In this document: in pieces, positions 35,965 to 45,751 of the stretch | Layout of the letters: the number at the start of each line of letters is the position of its first letter | Position numbering within the stretch: the first letter of the stretch is position 1 | The notes under the pieces: model-generated | The model's input: only the letters and a program-made list of their open reading frames with translations | The model's database searches: none | What the model was told of the DNA's origin: nothing | Program-made: the position numbers and the translations under genes | Assembly: GCA_050331115.1 (NCBI GenBank) | Contig: JBHJHD010000085.1 | Coordinates: 8,093-72,092, forward strand | Source of the DNA: Elainellaceae cyanobacterium | Lineage (GTDB): Bacteria; Cyanobacteriota; Cyanobacteriia; CAKZMO01 | Reading direction: 5' to 3' | DNA length: 64,000 bases

Positions 35965-36770
35965 CCGACAAACCTCTTCCGAAGATAGCTACTCAGGCTA
36001 TCCACCACGGTGACCATGATCAGCACCACAATCAGCAGGGCCGACACCTGCTGATACTTCAAGACGCGCAGCGCGCTAATAATTTCCAGACCAATGCCCC
36101 CTGCCCCCACCGCGCCCAGCACCATGGAGGCGCGAAAGTTGTATTCCCACCGGTAAAAGGTGACGTCTGCCATCTGCGGAAACACCTGGGGTAGAATGCT
36201 GTGGACAATTACCTGGGGTTCGGTGGCCCCCACGGAGCGAGCGGCTTCAATAGGGTCTTGGTTCGTTAGCTCGATAGATTCGGCATAAAATTTACCCAGC
36301 ATGCCCACAGAATGGAGCCCTAGCGCCAGGGTGCCGGGAAGTTTGCCAAAGCCCACCGCCGCCACCAAAATCATGCCGAGAATCAGTTCAGGCACCGCGC
36401 GGGCGATATTCAAAATTGTGCGGGCGACGTGAAATAGAATGGGATGGGGGGTCGTGTTTCGGGCCGCGAACAGACAGAGGGGAAGGGATAAGCCCACCGC
36501 AAGCGCTGTCCCGGCGACGCTCATGGCCAGGGTGTCAATAATGGGCATAATCCATTTGGGAAAGCGACTGAAGTCTGGCGGCAGCATCTCTCCCAAAAGC
36601 TTGGCGATCGCGGGAATCCCCTCCCTCATGCGGTTGATATCAAGCAGCTCAACGACGACGAAGCTAACAATAACAATGCCGATGAGGATGAGGGTTTGAA
36701 TGAGTTGTCGAACCCATCCGCGCCTGTATTGACGTAATACCGTGTCAAAGGACTCATTCGCTATCGTCAT
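35961..36770 (-). CDS. ptxC: Phosphite/phosphonate ABC transporter permease (PhnE family)
   Basis: 269 aa PhnE-type permease with a 4-nt overlap with ptxD. Named from operon context. Confidence 0.85.
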   Translation of the reverse strand: MTIANESFDTVLRQYRRGWVRQLIQTLILIGIVIVSFVVVELLDINRMREGIPAIAKLLGEMLPPDFSRFPKWIMPIIDTLAMSVAGTALAVGLSLPLCLFAARNTTPHPILFHVARTILNIARAVPELILGMILVAAVGFGKLPGTLALGLHSVGMLGKFYAESIELTNQDPIEAARSVGATEPQVIVHSILPQVFPQMADVTFYRWEYNFRASMVLGAVGAGGIGLEIISALRVLKYQQVSALLIVVLIMVTVVDSLSSYLRKRFVG

Positions 36771-36787
36771 CGTCGAATTACCGTTGT

Positions 36788-37723
<936 letters not shown>

Positions 37724-37808
37724 TCACTCCTCAGTAGATATAAACGAGACAAAAACACGGACAAAACAAGCTCCAAACATCGCCCTGATGTTTGATCACA
37801 TTGCGCGC

Positions 37809-38612
37809 TTACACCGCAGCCACAGCAGGCTGCCCTGAATAAATTTCTTCTAAGTCATGGTGCTGCAGCGCCGATGGGGGGCCGTCAAAGATAACGCGGC
37901 CCTGGGCCAGGCCAATGATGCGATCGCCATATTCTTGAGCGAAATCAACCTGATGCAGGCTCAGCAACGCGGCAATGCCGTCTGTCTTACAAATCCCTCG
38001 CAGTAAAGACAGCACGTTGTGAGCGCTGGCGGGATCGAGGCTGGCAATGGGCTCATCGGCCAGCATGAGCTGGGGACGCTGTGCTAGGGCACGGGCAATA
38101 CCCACCCGCTGCTTTTGTCCGCCGCTCAACGATTTGACTGGCGTTAAAGCTTTATCAATCAGTCCGACGCGCTCTAAGCAATCCAAGGCAATGCGCTGAT
38201 CGCTATCGGGCAGGGGCAAAAGGCTCCTCCAGAAGGAATAATAGGCCAGCCGCCCCATGAGCACGTTTTGAAGTGCGGAATGGCGATCAATGAGCTGATG
38301 CTGTTGAAATATCATTCCTGTCCGCTTGCGGTGCGATCGCAAGACTTTGGCGTGAGACAGCTCGCCCAATCCCTCTACAAGGATGCGGCCTTGGGTAGGT
38401 CGATTCAGGTAGTTGATGGTTCGCAGCAGCGTTGACTTCCCTGCACCAGAGGAGCCCAAGACCACCGCAAATTCTCCTCGATTTAACTGGAGCGATACAG
38501 AGTCCAATGCTGAAACCCCGTTCTGGTAGGTCACACCGACCTGGTCTAGGGTGACAATGGCAGACTGCTCCATAGGTTTATCGAAGGGTTGCTGATGGAC
38601 GGATGATTTCAA
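37809..38612 (-). CDS. ptxA: Phosphite/phosphonate ABC transporter ATP-binding protein (PhnC family)
   Basis: Walker A GSSGAGKSTLL, signature LSGGQKQRVGIARAL, Walker B MLADEPIASLD. The track start is TTG 38612, and ATG 38573 (MEQSAIV) is an alternative. Confidence 0.88.
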   Translation of the reverse strand: MKSSVHQQPFDKPMEQSAIVTLDQVGVTYQNGVSALDSVSLQLNRGEFAVVLGSSGAGKSTLLRTINYLNRPTQGRILVEGLGELSHAKVLRSHRKRTGMIFQQHQLIDRHSALQNVLMGRLAYYSFWRSLLPLPDSDQRIALDCLERVGLIDKALTPVKSLSGGQKQRVGIARALAQRPQLMLADEPIASLDPASAHNVLSLLRGICKTDGIAALLSLHQVDFAQEYGDRIIGLAQGRVIFDGPPSALQHHDLEEIYSGQPAVAAV

Positions 38613-38676
38613 GCAAAGACCTGATTGGTTTCACATAATCTTCACAATATCATCCTCTCAGAGAAACGATTTTGGG

Positions 38677-38706
38677 GGGATAAGCCTAGGTTAAGTTTCG
38701 AGTAAG
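38677..38706 (-). promoter_or_regulatory. Candidate Pho box (SphR/PhoB site) upstream of ptxA
   Basis: The ptxA-coding strand reads CTTACTCG aaa CTTAACCT agg CTTATCCC. These are three 8-bp direct repeats at exactly 11-bp periodicity (38706..38699, 38695..38688, 38684..38677) that approximate the cyanobacterial consensus PyTTAAPyPy(T/A). The site lies 65-94 nt upstream of the TTG start. Confidence 0.6.
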
Positions 38707-38810
38707 ATGCCAGTCACGGCGTGGATTGTTCACCGCTATGCTGACGGGGTGGGCGGCCCAATGCCGTCACTAGCTGCCCCTTTTATCACCAACGCTACTA
38801 TTTAGATTCA

Positions 38811-39065
38811 ATGAGCCTCTTCCAAAAACCCCGTCCCACCGCTAATCCCGAGAAGCTTCGGCAGCTCAAAACCTGGTTCTACAAAGCTTTGAAGCTACCG
38901 GACAATGTGCCCCTCTCCATTAGTCAGCTTCAGTGCCACGAGCCGGATTGCCCCCCAATCGAAACGGCGATCGCGGTGATGAGTCAGCCGCCCCAGGCCT
39001 ATAAAATTCATAAGGCTGTAGATACCATTACCCAGGCTGACGTAGAGCAGGCCGTGAATTCTTGA
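38811..39065 (+). CDS. Small hypothetical protein (84 aa) with a CHEPDCPP motif
   Basis: ATG start. ...LSISQLQCHEPDCPPIETAIAVMSQPPQAYKIHKAV. The stop overlaps the TTG start of the downstream DMT gene (TTGA at 39062-39065). Confidence 0.5.
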   Translation: MSLFQKPRPTANPEKLRQLKTWFYKALKLPDNVPLSISQLQCHEPDCPPIETAIAVMSQPPQAYKIHKAVDTITQADVEQAVNS

Positions 39066-40030
39066 TTCCTCCCGAAGCTCAAAATCCGAAAGCGCCTGTA
39101 TTCGGCTTTGTTTTTGTCCTACTTGGCGCAGCATGCTTCTGCATCCAAAACGTGGTTGTGCGTATCTTGTACAGTCAGCAGTCTATTTTGGGCTGGTTTG
39201 AAACCGGGGGATTTGTGCCGCCCACCCTGCAAACCTCGCTGCTGCTGCTCGTACTGCGGACGGTGTGGGTCGTGCCGCTGATGAGTGCGTTAATCCCCAC
39301 CTTCTACCCGCGCCTCTGGCCAGATCTACGCCAGCTTGCCCAGCCGCCCCAGCGCCCTACCCTGAAGCTTGCCTTACTAGGCGGGGTGCTGATGTTTACC
39401 TACCTGGTGCTGCTCTATCTGTCTATTGGTCTTATCCCGACAGCTGTGGCGCTGACTCTATTCTTCACCTTTCCGGTGTTTACCGCGATTTTTGCCTGGA
39501 TGTGGTTTGGCGACCGGCCTTCACTGCTGCGGTGGCTAATTATGGCGGCGATTTTGGGCGGCAGCACGCTGACACTACCGCAGGACAGCTTGACGGTGAC
39601 CTCTGACACTGGCCTAGGCGTGGTGCTGGGGATTTTGTCCGGCGTGGCCTACGCGCTGTATACCGTCACGGCGCAGAAAAGCTTTGCCAAGGTGCACCCC
39701 ATCCCCTTTACCTGGATGAGCTTCACGGTGACCTGCGCGCTGTCGGGGCTGCTCCTGATGGTATGGCCACTGGCAAATTGGCGTCTGGACTGGTGGGCGC
39801 TGGGGTTGGGTAGCCTGCTGTCGGCGATCGCGACCGCAATGGGGCATATATTGAATAATCTGGGCATCCAGAAAATTGGCGCGATTACAGCGTCGATGAT
39901 TGGGGCGATGAATCCGGTGCTGACAACGCTGCTGGCCTGGGGGCTAATTCAGGAGGCGCTGACTCCGGTGCAGGGGGTGGGGGTGCTGGTGGTAACGGTG
40001 AGCGTAGTGCTGCTGGCGTGGAGTCGTTAG
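39062..40030 (+). CDS. DMT superfamily (EamA-like) transporter
   Basis: 322 aa, about 10 TM helices, with the two-EamA-repeat pattern. TTG start; there is no nearby in-frame ATG. Confidence 0.75.
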   Translation: MIPPEAQNPKAPVFGFVFVLLGAACFCIQNVVVRILYSQQSILGWFETGGFVPPTLQTSLLLLVLRTVWVVPLMSALIPTFYPRLWPDLRQLAQPPQRPTLKLALLGGVLMFTYLVLLYLSIGLIPTAVALTLFFTFPVFTAIFAWMWFGDRPSLLRWLIMAAILGGSTLTLPQDSLTVTSDTGLGVVLGILSGVAYALYTVTAQKSFAKVHPIPFTWMSFTVTCALSGLLLMVWPLANWRLDWWALGLGSLLSAIATAMGHILNNLGIQKIGAITASMIGAMNPVLTTLLAWGLIQEALTPVQGVGVLVVTVSVVLLAWSR

Positions 40031-40079
40031 CCCCTCCGCCTCCGGCACCTTCCCTTAGCAAGGGGAGGACGGCGCGATG

Positions 40080-41351
40080 TCATCTGGGCCGCGTTTGAGT
40101 AGATTTTAGAGGCGTGGGGTGAGCGCCGCTTAACTCGGGTGCCGATAGCTGAGTTCGCTTCAACCACAGCACCGCCAGGAGAGACACCAACACCAACGGC
40201 CAGCTTAGATGATTGAGCATCGCCCAATCGAAGCGGTAGAATACGCGCCCCGAGAGTAACGTTACCAAAGCCACAAAGCTAAACACCAGAAAGTCATGGG
40301 CAGCCTGGGCTTTACCTTTTTCGGTTGGGGTATGGGTTTCGGTCAGGAGAGTAGTAGACCCCACGTACATAAAATTCCAGCCGAGACCCAGCAGCAGCAG
40401 CGCGATCGCAAAGTGTCCAAAACTCACGCCCGCCAAATTCACCCCCACACAGCCTAGGGTGAGCAACGCGCCCGCTTGAATAATCGTCAGCATCCCCAGT
40501 CGCTGAATCAGCCAGCCTGTCACAAAGGAGGGGCCAAACATGCCCAGCACGTGCCACTGAATCACTGCTGCCGTCTGGCCAAAAGAGTGCTGCTCCGCCG
40601 TCATCGCTAGGGGCGTCGCGGTCATCACAAACACCATCACGCCATAGCTAATCGTGCTGCCCAGGGTCGCCACCAGAAATTTAGGCTGGCCCATAATTTG
40701 CAGCAGCGATCGCGTCGCTGGGGCGGCGGGGTCAATTGCCGGGGACGGAATTTTTAGCCCGAGCAGCAGGGCGCTGGCCAGAACCTGCAGGCCCAGCACC
40801 GCTATCAAAGCCCCGATATAAAGCTCGTTGTCGAACCACCCTTGCGACCCAGTAGCCAGCCAAGGGCCAAGAATCGCCGCAACGATGCCCCCCGCAATCA
40901 CCCAGGAAATGGCCTGGGAGCGGAAGGCCTCCGTTGCCACATCTGCAGCAGCGAAGCGGTAGTAGCCGACAAAGCTATTGGATATCCCCAAGAGCCCCAT
41001 GGACAGCGTGAATAGCCAAAAGTGGGCGATGGCTAAGCTATAGATGGCGACTCCCGCCCCCATCGTCCCCACAAGGGTACCCACCAGAAAGCCTCCGCGT
41101 CGCCCCACGCGCTGCATCAGCAGCGAGGCAGGAATGGTGGCCATCATAGTAGCGATTTGGCGCACGGCTAAGGGAAGGGTAGCCAGGGCTTTGTCTGCCG
41201 CCAGGGCGTAGCCAATCAGGGCGGCGGTGGTGATGAGTACCGTATTGGTGGTCATTGCTAGGGCCTGACAGAGGGCCAGCAGGGTCACCTGAAATTTTGC
41301 GGTGGGCATAGCGGGAAGGCTCAAAGTGGGATCTGAGCCTATCACGGCCAT
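40080..41351 (-). CDS. MFS transporter
   Basis: About 12 TM helices and an MFS loop motif MQRVGRRGG. ATG 41351 is preferred, and the track start TTG 41390 is possible. Confidence 0.8.
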   Translation of the reverse strand: MAVIGSDPTLSLPAMPTAKFQVTLLALCQALAMTTNTVLITTAALIGYALAADKALATLPLAVRQIATMMATIPASLLMQRVGRRGGFLVGTLVGTMGAGVAIYSLAIAHFWLFTLSMGLLGISNSFVGYYRFAAADVATEAFRSQAISWVIAGGIVAAILGPWLATGSQGWFDNELYIGALIAVLGLQVLASALLLGLKIPSPAIDPAAPATRSLLQIMGQPKFLVATLGSTISYGVMVFVMTATPLAMTAEQHSFGQTAAVIQWHVLGMFGPSFVTGWLIQRLGMLTIIQAGALLTLGCVGVNLAGVSFGHFAIALLLLGLGWNFMYVGSTTLLTETHTPTEKGKAQAAHDFLVFSFVALVTLLSGRVFYRFDWAMLNHLSWPLVLVSLLAVLWLKRTQLSAPELSGAHPTPLKSTQTRPR

Positions 41352-41396
41352 TGGGCACTGACTATGCAAGGGGTAAATGCTAACTATCAATATCGT

Positions 41397-42851
41397 TCAG
41401 GTGAGCGGCAAAAACAGCTTTTCGAGCTGTTTCTGAACCCAGGCCACCGGATTGTTGTCGTATTCGTTGTTGATCAACCCCAGTTTTTTGAGGTGGCGCT
41501 CTTGCTGGGTCAGCTCCGCCTCGTGGCGGCCCATCTCCTGCACAATCAGGCCATACAAACGGGGTTGGCTTTGCAGGATTCGCTTGAAGCCCTGAGGGCT
41601 AACGGCAAAGACCGTCGTGTCTTCGAGGGCCTTGACCGTGACCGTGCGAGGCACCCCCAACATCAGCGAAAACTCGCCAACAAACTGGCTTGAACTTAGG
41701 ACCGTTGACTTTTCCACTCCGTCTAGCGTGTAGCCGACTGACCCACAGAGAATGATGTAGAATGCGTCGCCCGGGTCCCCAGCTTGGTAGAGAATTTCAC
41801 CGGCCTCTAGACGACGGCGGTGCCCCACTTCCACCAGTTTCCTCAACTCCACAACGCTGCAGTCGGCAAAGTAGGGAACGCTGCGCAGCAGGTCTCGCAC
41901 CGCCACGGGTTTGGGGTAGTTTTCTCCCGAAGTAGGCATCGCGCGGTGCACCTGGGCGTGCCTTTCGTAGTCCTCAATGGAAGACTGTACCACTACGTTG
42001 GGGTTGCGGTGCCACAGGTCATAGCAAGGAGACGCTAGGCGAATATTGTGCTGTTTTAAGTTGAGGTCGATGATAAAGCGCAGAGAACTCTCGGTTTTAT
42101 GCTTTAGGTCGACGCGATCGACCCATACCCACAGAATGAAGTCCAGGGAATTCTCGCCAAAGCCGGTGAAATAGACTTCAGGCGGATACTCGTAGGAAAC
42201 CGTCTCTTCTAGATAAGCGGAATCCAGTAAGGCTTCGATCACGATCACCGGGTCGCTTTCATGGGCCACATTCACAGACACAGGCACCCAACCTTTCGTA
42301 TTGTCGTAGGTCCAGTTGATCACCTGGCTTCCCACTAAGCTGCTGTTGGGAATCACGATATGCTTTTGGGTGATGGTGCGGATCACCGTCGATCGCAAAG
42401 AAATCTCGATGATGTAGCCCGTCAGGCCCTCCCACTCGATGAAGTCACCGACTTTGAGCTTTTGCTCCACCAGCATGGCAATACCGCTGGTAAAGTTTCG
42501 CGTCAAATCCTGCAGGCCAAAGCCAATGCCGATGCCCAAGCTGCCCGCCAAAACCGCCACCGATGCCAAATTCACGCCAAGCGCCTGCAGCATAATCACG
42601 GCCAGCATTGCCCCTAGTCCATAGCCCAAAACCGTAGCAATCGACTCCCGGGCACCTTGCCTCAATCCGAAACGGAGCAAAATTTGATTCGCCAGAATCT
42701 TTTTCAGACCGAAGGAAAACAGCAGCGCCACCAGCAGCGCCAAAGCAAACTGAGCGATCGCCCTCAAGGTCAGCTCAGAGGTGCCAATACTGAGAAACGG
42801 GGCGTTGAAAATGCCTTCGAACGCCTTGAAGGCAGCAAGAAATCTGAACAT
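41397..42851 (-). CDS. MscS-family mechanosensitive channel with a C-terminal cyclic-nucleotide-binding domain
   Basis: MscS core GIGIGFGLQDLTRNFTSGIAMLVEQKLKVGDFIEWEGLTGYIIEISLRSTVIRT. cNMP domain VELRKLVEVGHRRRLEAGEILYQAGDPGDAFYIILCGSV...GEFSLMLGVPRTVTVKALEDTTVF. Confidence 0.88.
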   Translation of the reverse strand: MFRFLAAFKAFEGIFNAPFLSIGTSELTLRAIAQFALALLVALLFSFGLKKILANQILLRFGLRQGARESIATVLGYGLGAMLAVIMLQALGVNLASVAVLAGSLGIGIGFGLQDLTRNFTSGIAMLVEQKLKVGDFIEWEGLTGYIIEISLRSTVIRTITQKHIVIPNSSLVGSQVINWTYDNTKGWVPVSVNVAHESDPVIVIEALLDSAYLEETVSYEYPPEVYFTGFGENSLDFILWVWVDRVDLKHKTESSLRFIIDLNLKQHNIRLASPCYDLWHRNPNVVVQSSIEDYERHAQVHRAMPTSGENYPKPVAVRDLLRSVPYFADCSVVELRKLVEVGHRRRLEAGEILYQAGDPGDAFYIILCGSVGYTLDGVEKSTVLSSSQFVGEFSLMLGVPRTVTVKALEDTTVFAVSPQGFKRILQSQPRLYGLIVQEMGRHEAELTQQERHLKKLGLINNEYDNNPVAWVQKQLEKLFLPLT

Positions 42852-43164
42852 CGAAACTGAGAAAAGGCTATACCCCGAGGATATTTTCCACGCAATCTGC
42901 GCAGAAAGTGCATTCTCAGGTGCAAATTCGAGCCGCTAGGGAGTGCGGCGGCAGAGCTCTATCGCAGTTGGGTCGCAGTTGGGCCGCAGCTCAAGCATGG
43001 GCCCATTCTTTCAAACCCTGTCAAATATGCTCAACCTATCACACGCTATTGACAAAGTGTGCGTCCGCCAAATGGTTCGCCGCAAACTTTTTAGCGTTCA
43101 CGCGATCGCTAAGGTTGAAGACGCTCAACCCTACAGCGTGAATACGCTCAACACCAACAACGTG

Positions 43165-44127
43165 ATGACTATGGCGACTGCAGTTCCAGTGACGGTGCTG
43201 ACCGGCTACCTCGGCGCAGGTAAAACCACCCTGCTCAACCGCATCTTGACCCACGAGCACGGCAAAAAGGTGGCGGTGATCGTCAACGAATTTGGCGAAG
43301 TGGGCATCGACAACCAGCTCGTTATTGACGCCGACGAAGAGATTTTTGAGATGAACAACGGCTGCATCTGCTGCACCGTGCGAGGCGACCTGATTCGCAT
43401 CATTGGCAACCTGATGCAGCGGCGCGACCAGTTCGACCATCTGGTGATTGAGACTACGGGACTGGCCGACCCCGCCCCCGTCATCCAGACCTTCTTCGTC
43501 GACGAAGACATCCAGTCCCAGCTGGCCCTCGACGCCGTGATCACCATCGTGGACGCCAAGCACATCCACCAGCACTGGGACAGCGACGAAGCCCAGGAGC
43601 AGATCGCCTTTGCCGACGTGATTTTGCTCAACAAGATCGATTTAGTCTCTGAAGAAGAGCTGGCTGAGCTAGAGCGGCGCATCTTGGATATGAACGCCAT
43701 GGTCAAAATCTACCGCACCCAAAACTCCAAGCTGCCCATCGAAACTATCTTGGGGGTCAAGGCGTTTGACCTGGACCGAGCGCTGGAGGTGGACCCCGAA
43801 TTCCTCAACGAGGACGCCCACGAGCACGACGAGTCGGTCTATTCCTTCGCCATTGTGGAGGAGCAGCCCCTGGACGGCGACAAGCTGAGCAGCTGGGTGA
43901 GCACCCTACTGGAGACCAAAGGCCCGGATATCTTCCGCACCAAGGGCATCCTCAACCTCGCCGGCGAGCCCAACCGCTACGTGTTCCAGGGGGTGCACAT
44001 GATTTTCGATGGCCGCAGCGATCGCCCCTGGAGGCCCGACGAGGCCCGCCGCAGCGAGATGGTGTTCATTGGCCGCAACCTAGACGAGGCCGAGCTGCGC
44101 AGCGGGTTCCGCACCTGTCTGGCGTGA
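43165..44127 (+). CDS. COG0523 (CobW/ZigA/YjiA-type) GTP-dependent metallochaperone
   Basis: P-loop VLTGYLGAGKTTLLNRIL, metal motif GCICCTVRGDL, ETTGLADP, NKIDL. ATG 43165 is preferred over the track start 42943. Confidence 0.88.
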   Translation: MTMATAVPVTVLTGYLGAGKTTLLNRILTHEHGKKVAVIVNEFGEVGIDNQLVIDADEEIFEMNNGCICCTVRGDLIRIIGNLMQRRDQFDHLVIETTGLADPAPVIQTFFVDEDIQSQLALDAVITIVDAKHIHQHWDSDEAQEQIAFADVILLNKIDLVSEEELAELERRILDMNAMVKIYRTQNSKLPIETILGVKAFDLDRALEVDPEFLNEDAHEHDESVYSFAIVEEQPLDGDKLSSWVSTLLETKGPDIFRTKGILNLAGEPNRYVFQGVHMIFDGRSDRPWRPDEARRSEMVFIGRNLDEAELRSGFRTCLA

Positions 44128-45188
44128 GGGCCACGCTGAACCTCACCCAGCGCTGGCGCGATCGCCTGAGCGACTACGTGACGGCGATCGCCTGGTCCAC
44201 CGATGGGGTTTGGCTCGCTGCCGCGTCTTCGGCTGGGGAGGTGCTGCTGTTTGACCGGGCTCAGGATATCGCCCAGAATCGCGTCGTCCTGAAGGCGGCA
44301 GATGGCAAAGCGGTAAATACTTTAGGCTTCTCTGCTGACGGACAGTATCTAGCCGCGGCTGGGCAGAGCGGCACGTTGACGATTTGGGCGCTCCAGCCGA
44401 ACTATCCCATCGCGTTCAGCCAGTCCCATCCCGGCGTCTGGATCGATCAACTGGCTTGGCATCCCAGCCAAACCTATCAGGCCTACGGGGCTGGACCTCA
44501 AGTCAAAATTTGGGATGGGACTAATACAGCTGCAGACCTGGACTTTCAGTCCTCTTCCGTCCTGCACCTAGCCTGGCACCCCCGAGGTCACTGGCTTACC
44601 GCCAGTGGACATGGAGGCATGAAGGTTTGGAATGCAGCTGACTGGGCGGTAAACCATAAAACAGTTGCCGTACCGGGAGCTAGCCTCTACGCCGCTTGGT
44701 CTGCGGATGGCCGCTACCTGGCGTCGGGCAACTTAGACCGCACGTTGACGGTAGTGGAGTGGGATAGCCCACCGCCCTGGCTAATGCAGGGCTTTCCCGG
44801 CAAGGTGCGGCAGGTAGCTTGGTCTGAGGCGGTGGGGAAATCGGGAGACCCGCTGCTGGCGGCGGCCTGCGCTGAAGGGGTTACGCTGTGGCGACGCAGC
44901 GATGGCGGCAAGCGAGACTGGCGATCGCAGGTTCTGCAGCACCACACCGGCCGAGTAAACGCGATCGCCTTTCAGCCCAAAAGCCTGCGGCTGGCCTCAG
45001 CGGGGGAAGACGGCTCCATTTGCCTCTGGGAGATGAAGAAAACGCCGTCTAAAGTCCTCAAGTTTCCGGAAGGCGGGTGCTCGGCTCTGGCTTGGCACCC
45101 CAGTGAAGAGCTGCTGGCGATCGCTGGAACTGCTGGTGAGTTTGGAGTCTGGGCACTGAAGGGAATAGAGTCAAAGGGATTTGGGTAG
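44124..45188 (+). CDS. WD40 repeat protein
   Basis: 354 aa with repeated W-containing ~40-aa units (AWSTDGVWLAAASSAGEVLLFD, GFSADGQYLAAAGQSGTLTIW, AWSADGRYLASGNLDRTLTVVEW, AFQPKSLRLASAGEDGSICLWE). The GTG start overlaps the cobW-like stop (GTGA). Confidence 0.85.
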   Translation: MRATLNLTQRWRDRLSDYVTAIAWSTDGVWLAAASSAGEVLLFDRAQDIAQNRVVLKAADGKAVNTLGFSADGQYLAAAGQSGTLTIWALQPNYPIAFSQSHPGVWIDQLAWHPSQTYQAYGAGPQVKIWDGTNTAADLDFQSSSVLHLAWHPRGHWLTASGHGGMKVWNAADWAVNHKTVAVPGASLYAAWSADGRYLASGNLDRTLTVVEWDSPPPWLMQGFPGKVRQVAWSEAVGKSGDPLLAAACAEGVTLWRRSDGGKRDWRSQVLQHHTGRVNAIAFQPKSLRLASAGEDGSICLWEMKKTPSKVLKFPEGGCSALAWHPSEELLAIAGTAGEFGVWALKGIESKGFG

Positions 45189-45245
45189 CCGCTGTATCGT
45201 CAGGGTGCGGCCCGGCTTATATCGCGCTGGCCCTGTGGCTTAGGC

Positions 45246-45740
45246 CTAAACCTGCGACGGCAGCGCGGCCATTTCAGGGGCGCGAGCCTCCAAAAGACGC
45301 GAAATATTCAGAAAAAAAATCGTTTTGTTCTCTTCCCCATCGGCAAGCACCACCGTGTGGCTCATTAGCTCTAGGAATCCGGATAAAGCCCCCGCCGACC
45401 GCGGCAGCGATCGCAGCAAATTTGGCGATAGCTCAATTAAGTCGGGTAAGCCATCTGTCCAAATGCCAAACGGCTCCCCTTGGGGGGGTTGAACAATGAT
45501 GAGAAAGGGCGGCGGCGGAGCGGGCGCGGGGGTCAACCACTGATATAAATTGATGACTCGAATCACATGGCGACCGATTTGAAGCAGACCCATGCGATTG
45601 AGCTTGTCGTCACCTCCTTCAAGGTCATGGCGCAAAACGCGCAGAACGCTTTCCATCGGCAAAGCGACATAGTAGTCTGACAGGGGAAACGTAATAAACT
45701 TCTGCCGCTCTAAATCTCGATTCAATGATGTCTTTGCCAT
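45246..45740 (-). CDS. CheW-like coupling protein (second copy, distal end of the operon)
   Basis: KFITFPLSDYYVALPMESVLRVL......MGLLQIGRHVIRVINLYQWL....FLIIVQ.....FGIWTDGLPDLIEL follows the CheW domain pattern. ATG 45740; TTG 45755 would overlap the pixL stop. Confidence 0.75.
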   Translation of the reverse strand: MAKTSLNRDLERQKFITFPLSDYYVALPMESVLRVLRHDLEGGDDKLNRMGLLQIGRHVIRVINLYQWLTPAPAPPPPFLIIVQPPQGEPFGIWTDGLPDLIELSPNLLRSLPRSAGALSGFLELMSHTVVLADGEENKTIFFLNISRLLEARAPEMAALPSQV

Positions 45741-45751
45741 AGCTTGATTCC

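Noticed and set aside
42852-43164. Looked for a Zur box or a cobalamin riboswitch upstream of the CobW-like gene.
   Set aside because: I saw no AT-rich Fur-family palindrome and no B12-box-like GCCACTG core. The only feature is a short direct repeat TCGCAGTTGGG x2 (about 42961-42985) of unclear meaning.
43039-43706. 178-aa and 166-aa ORFs antisense to the COG0523 gene. Similar antisense ORFs occur in aroF (21170..21637), pixJ and cynA.
   Set aside because: No recognisable motifs. They overlap well-supported genes and are explained by the scarcity of stop codons in GC-rich antisense frames.
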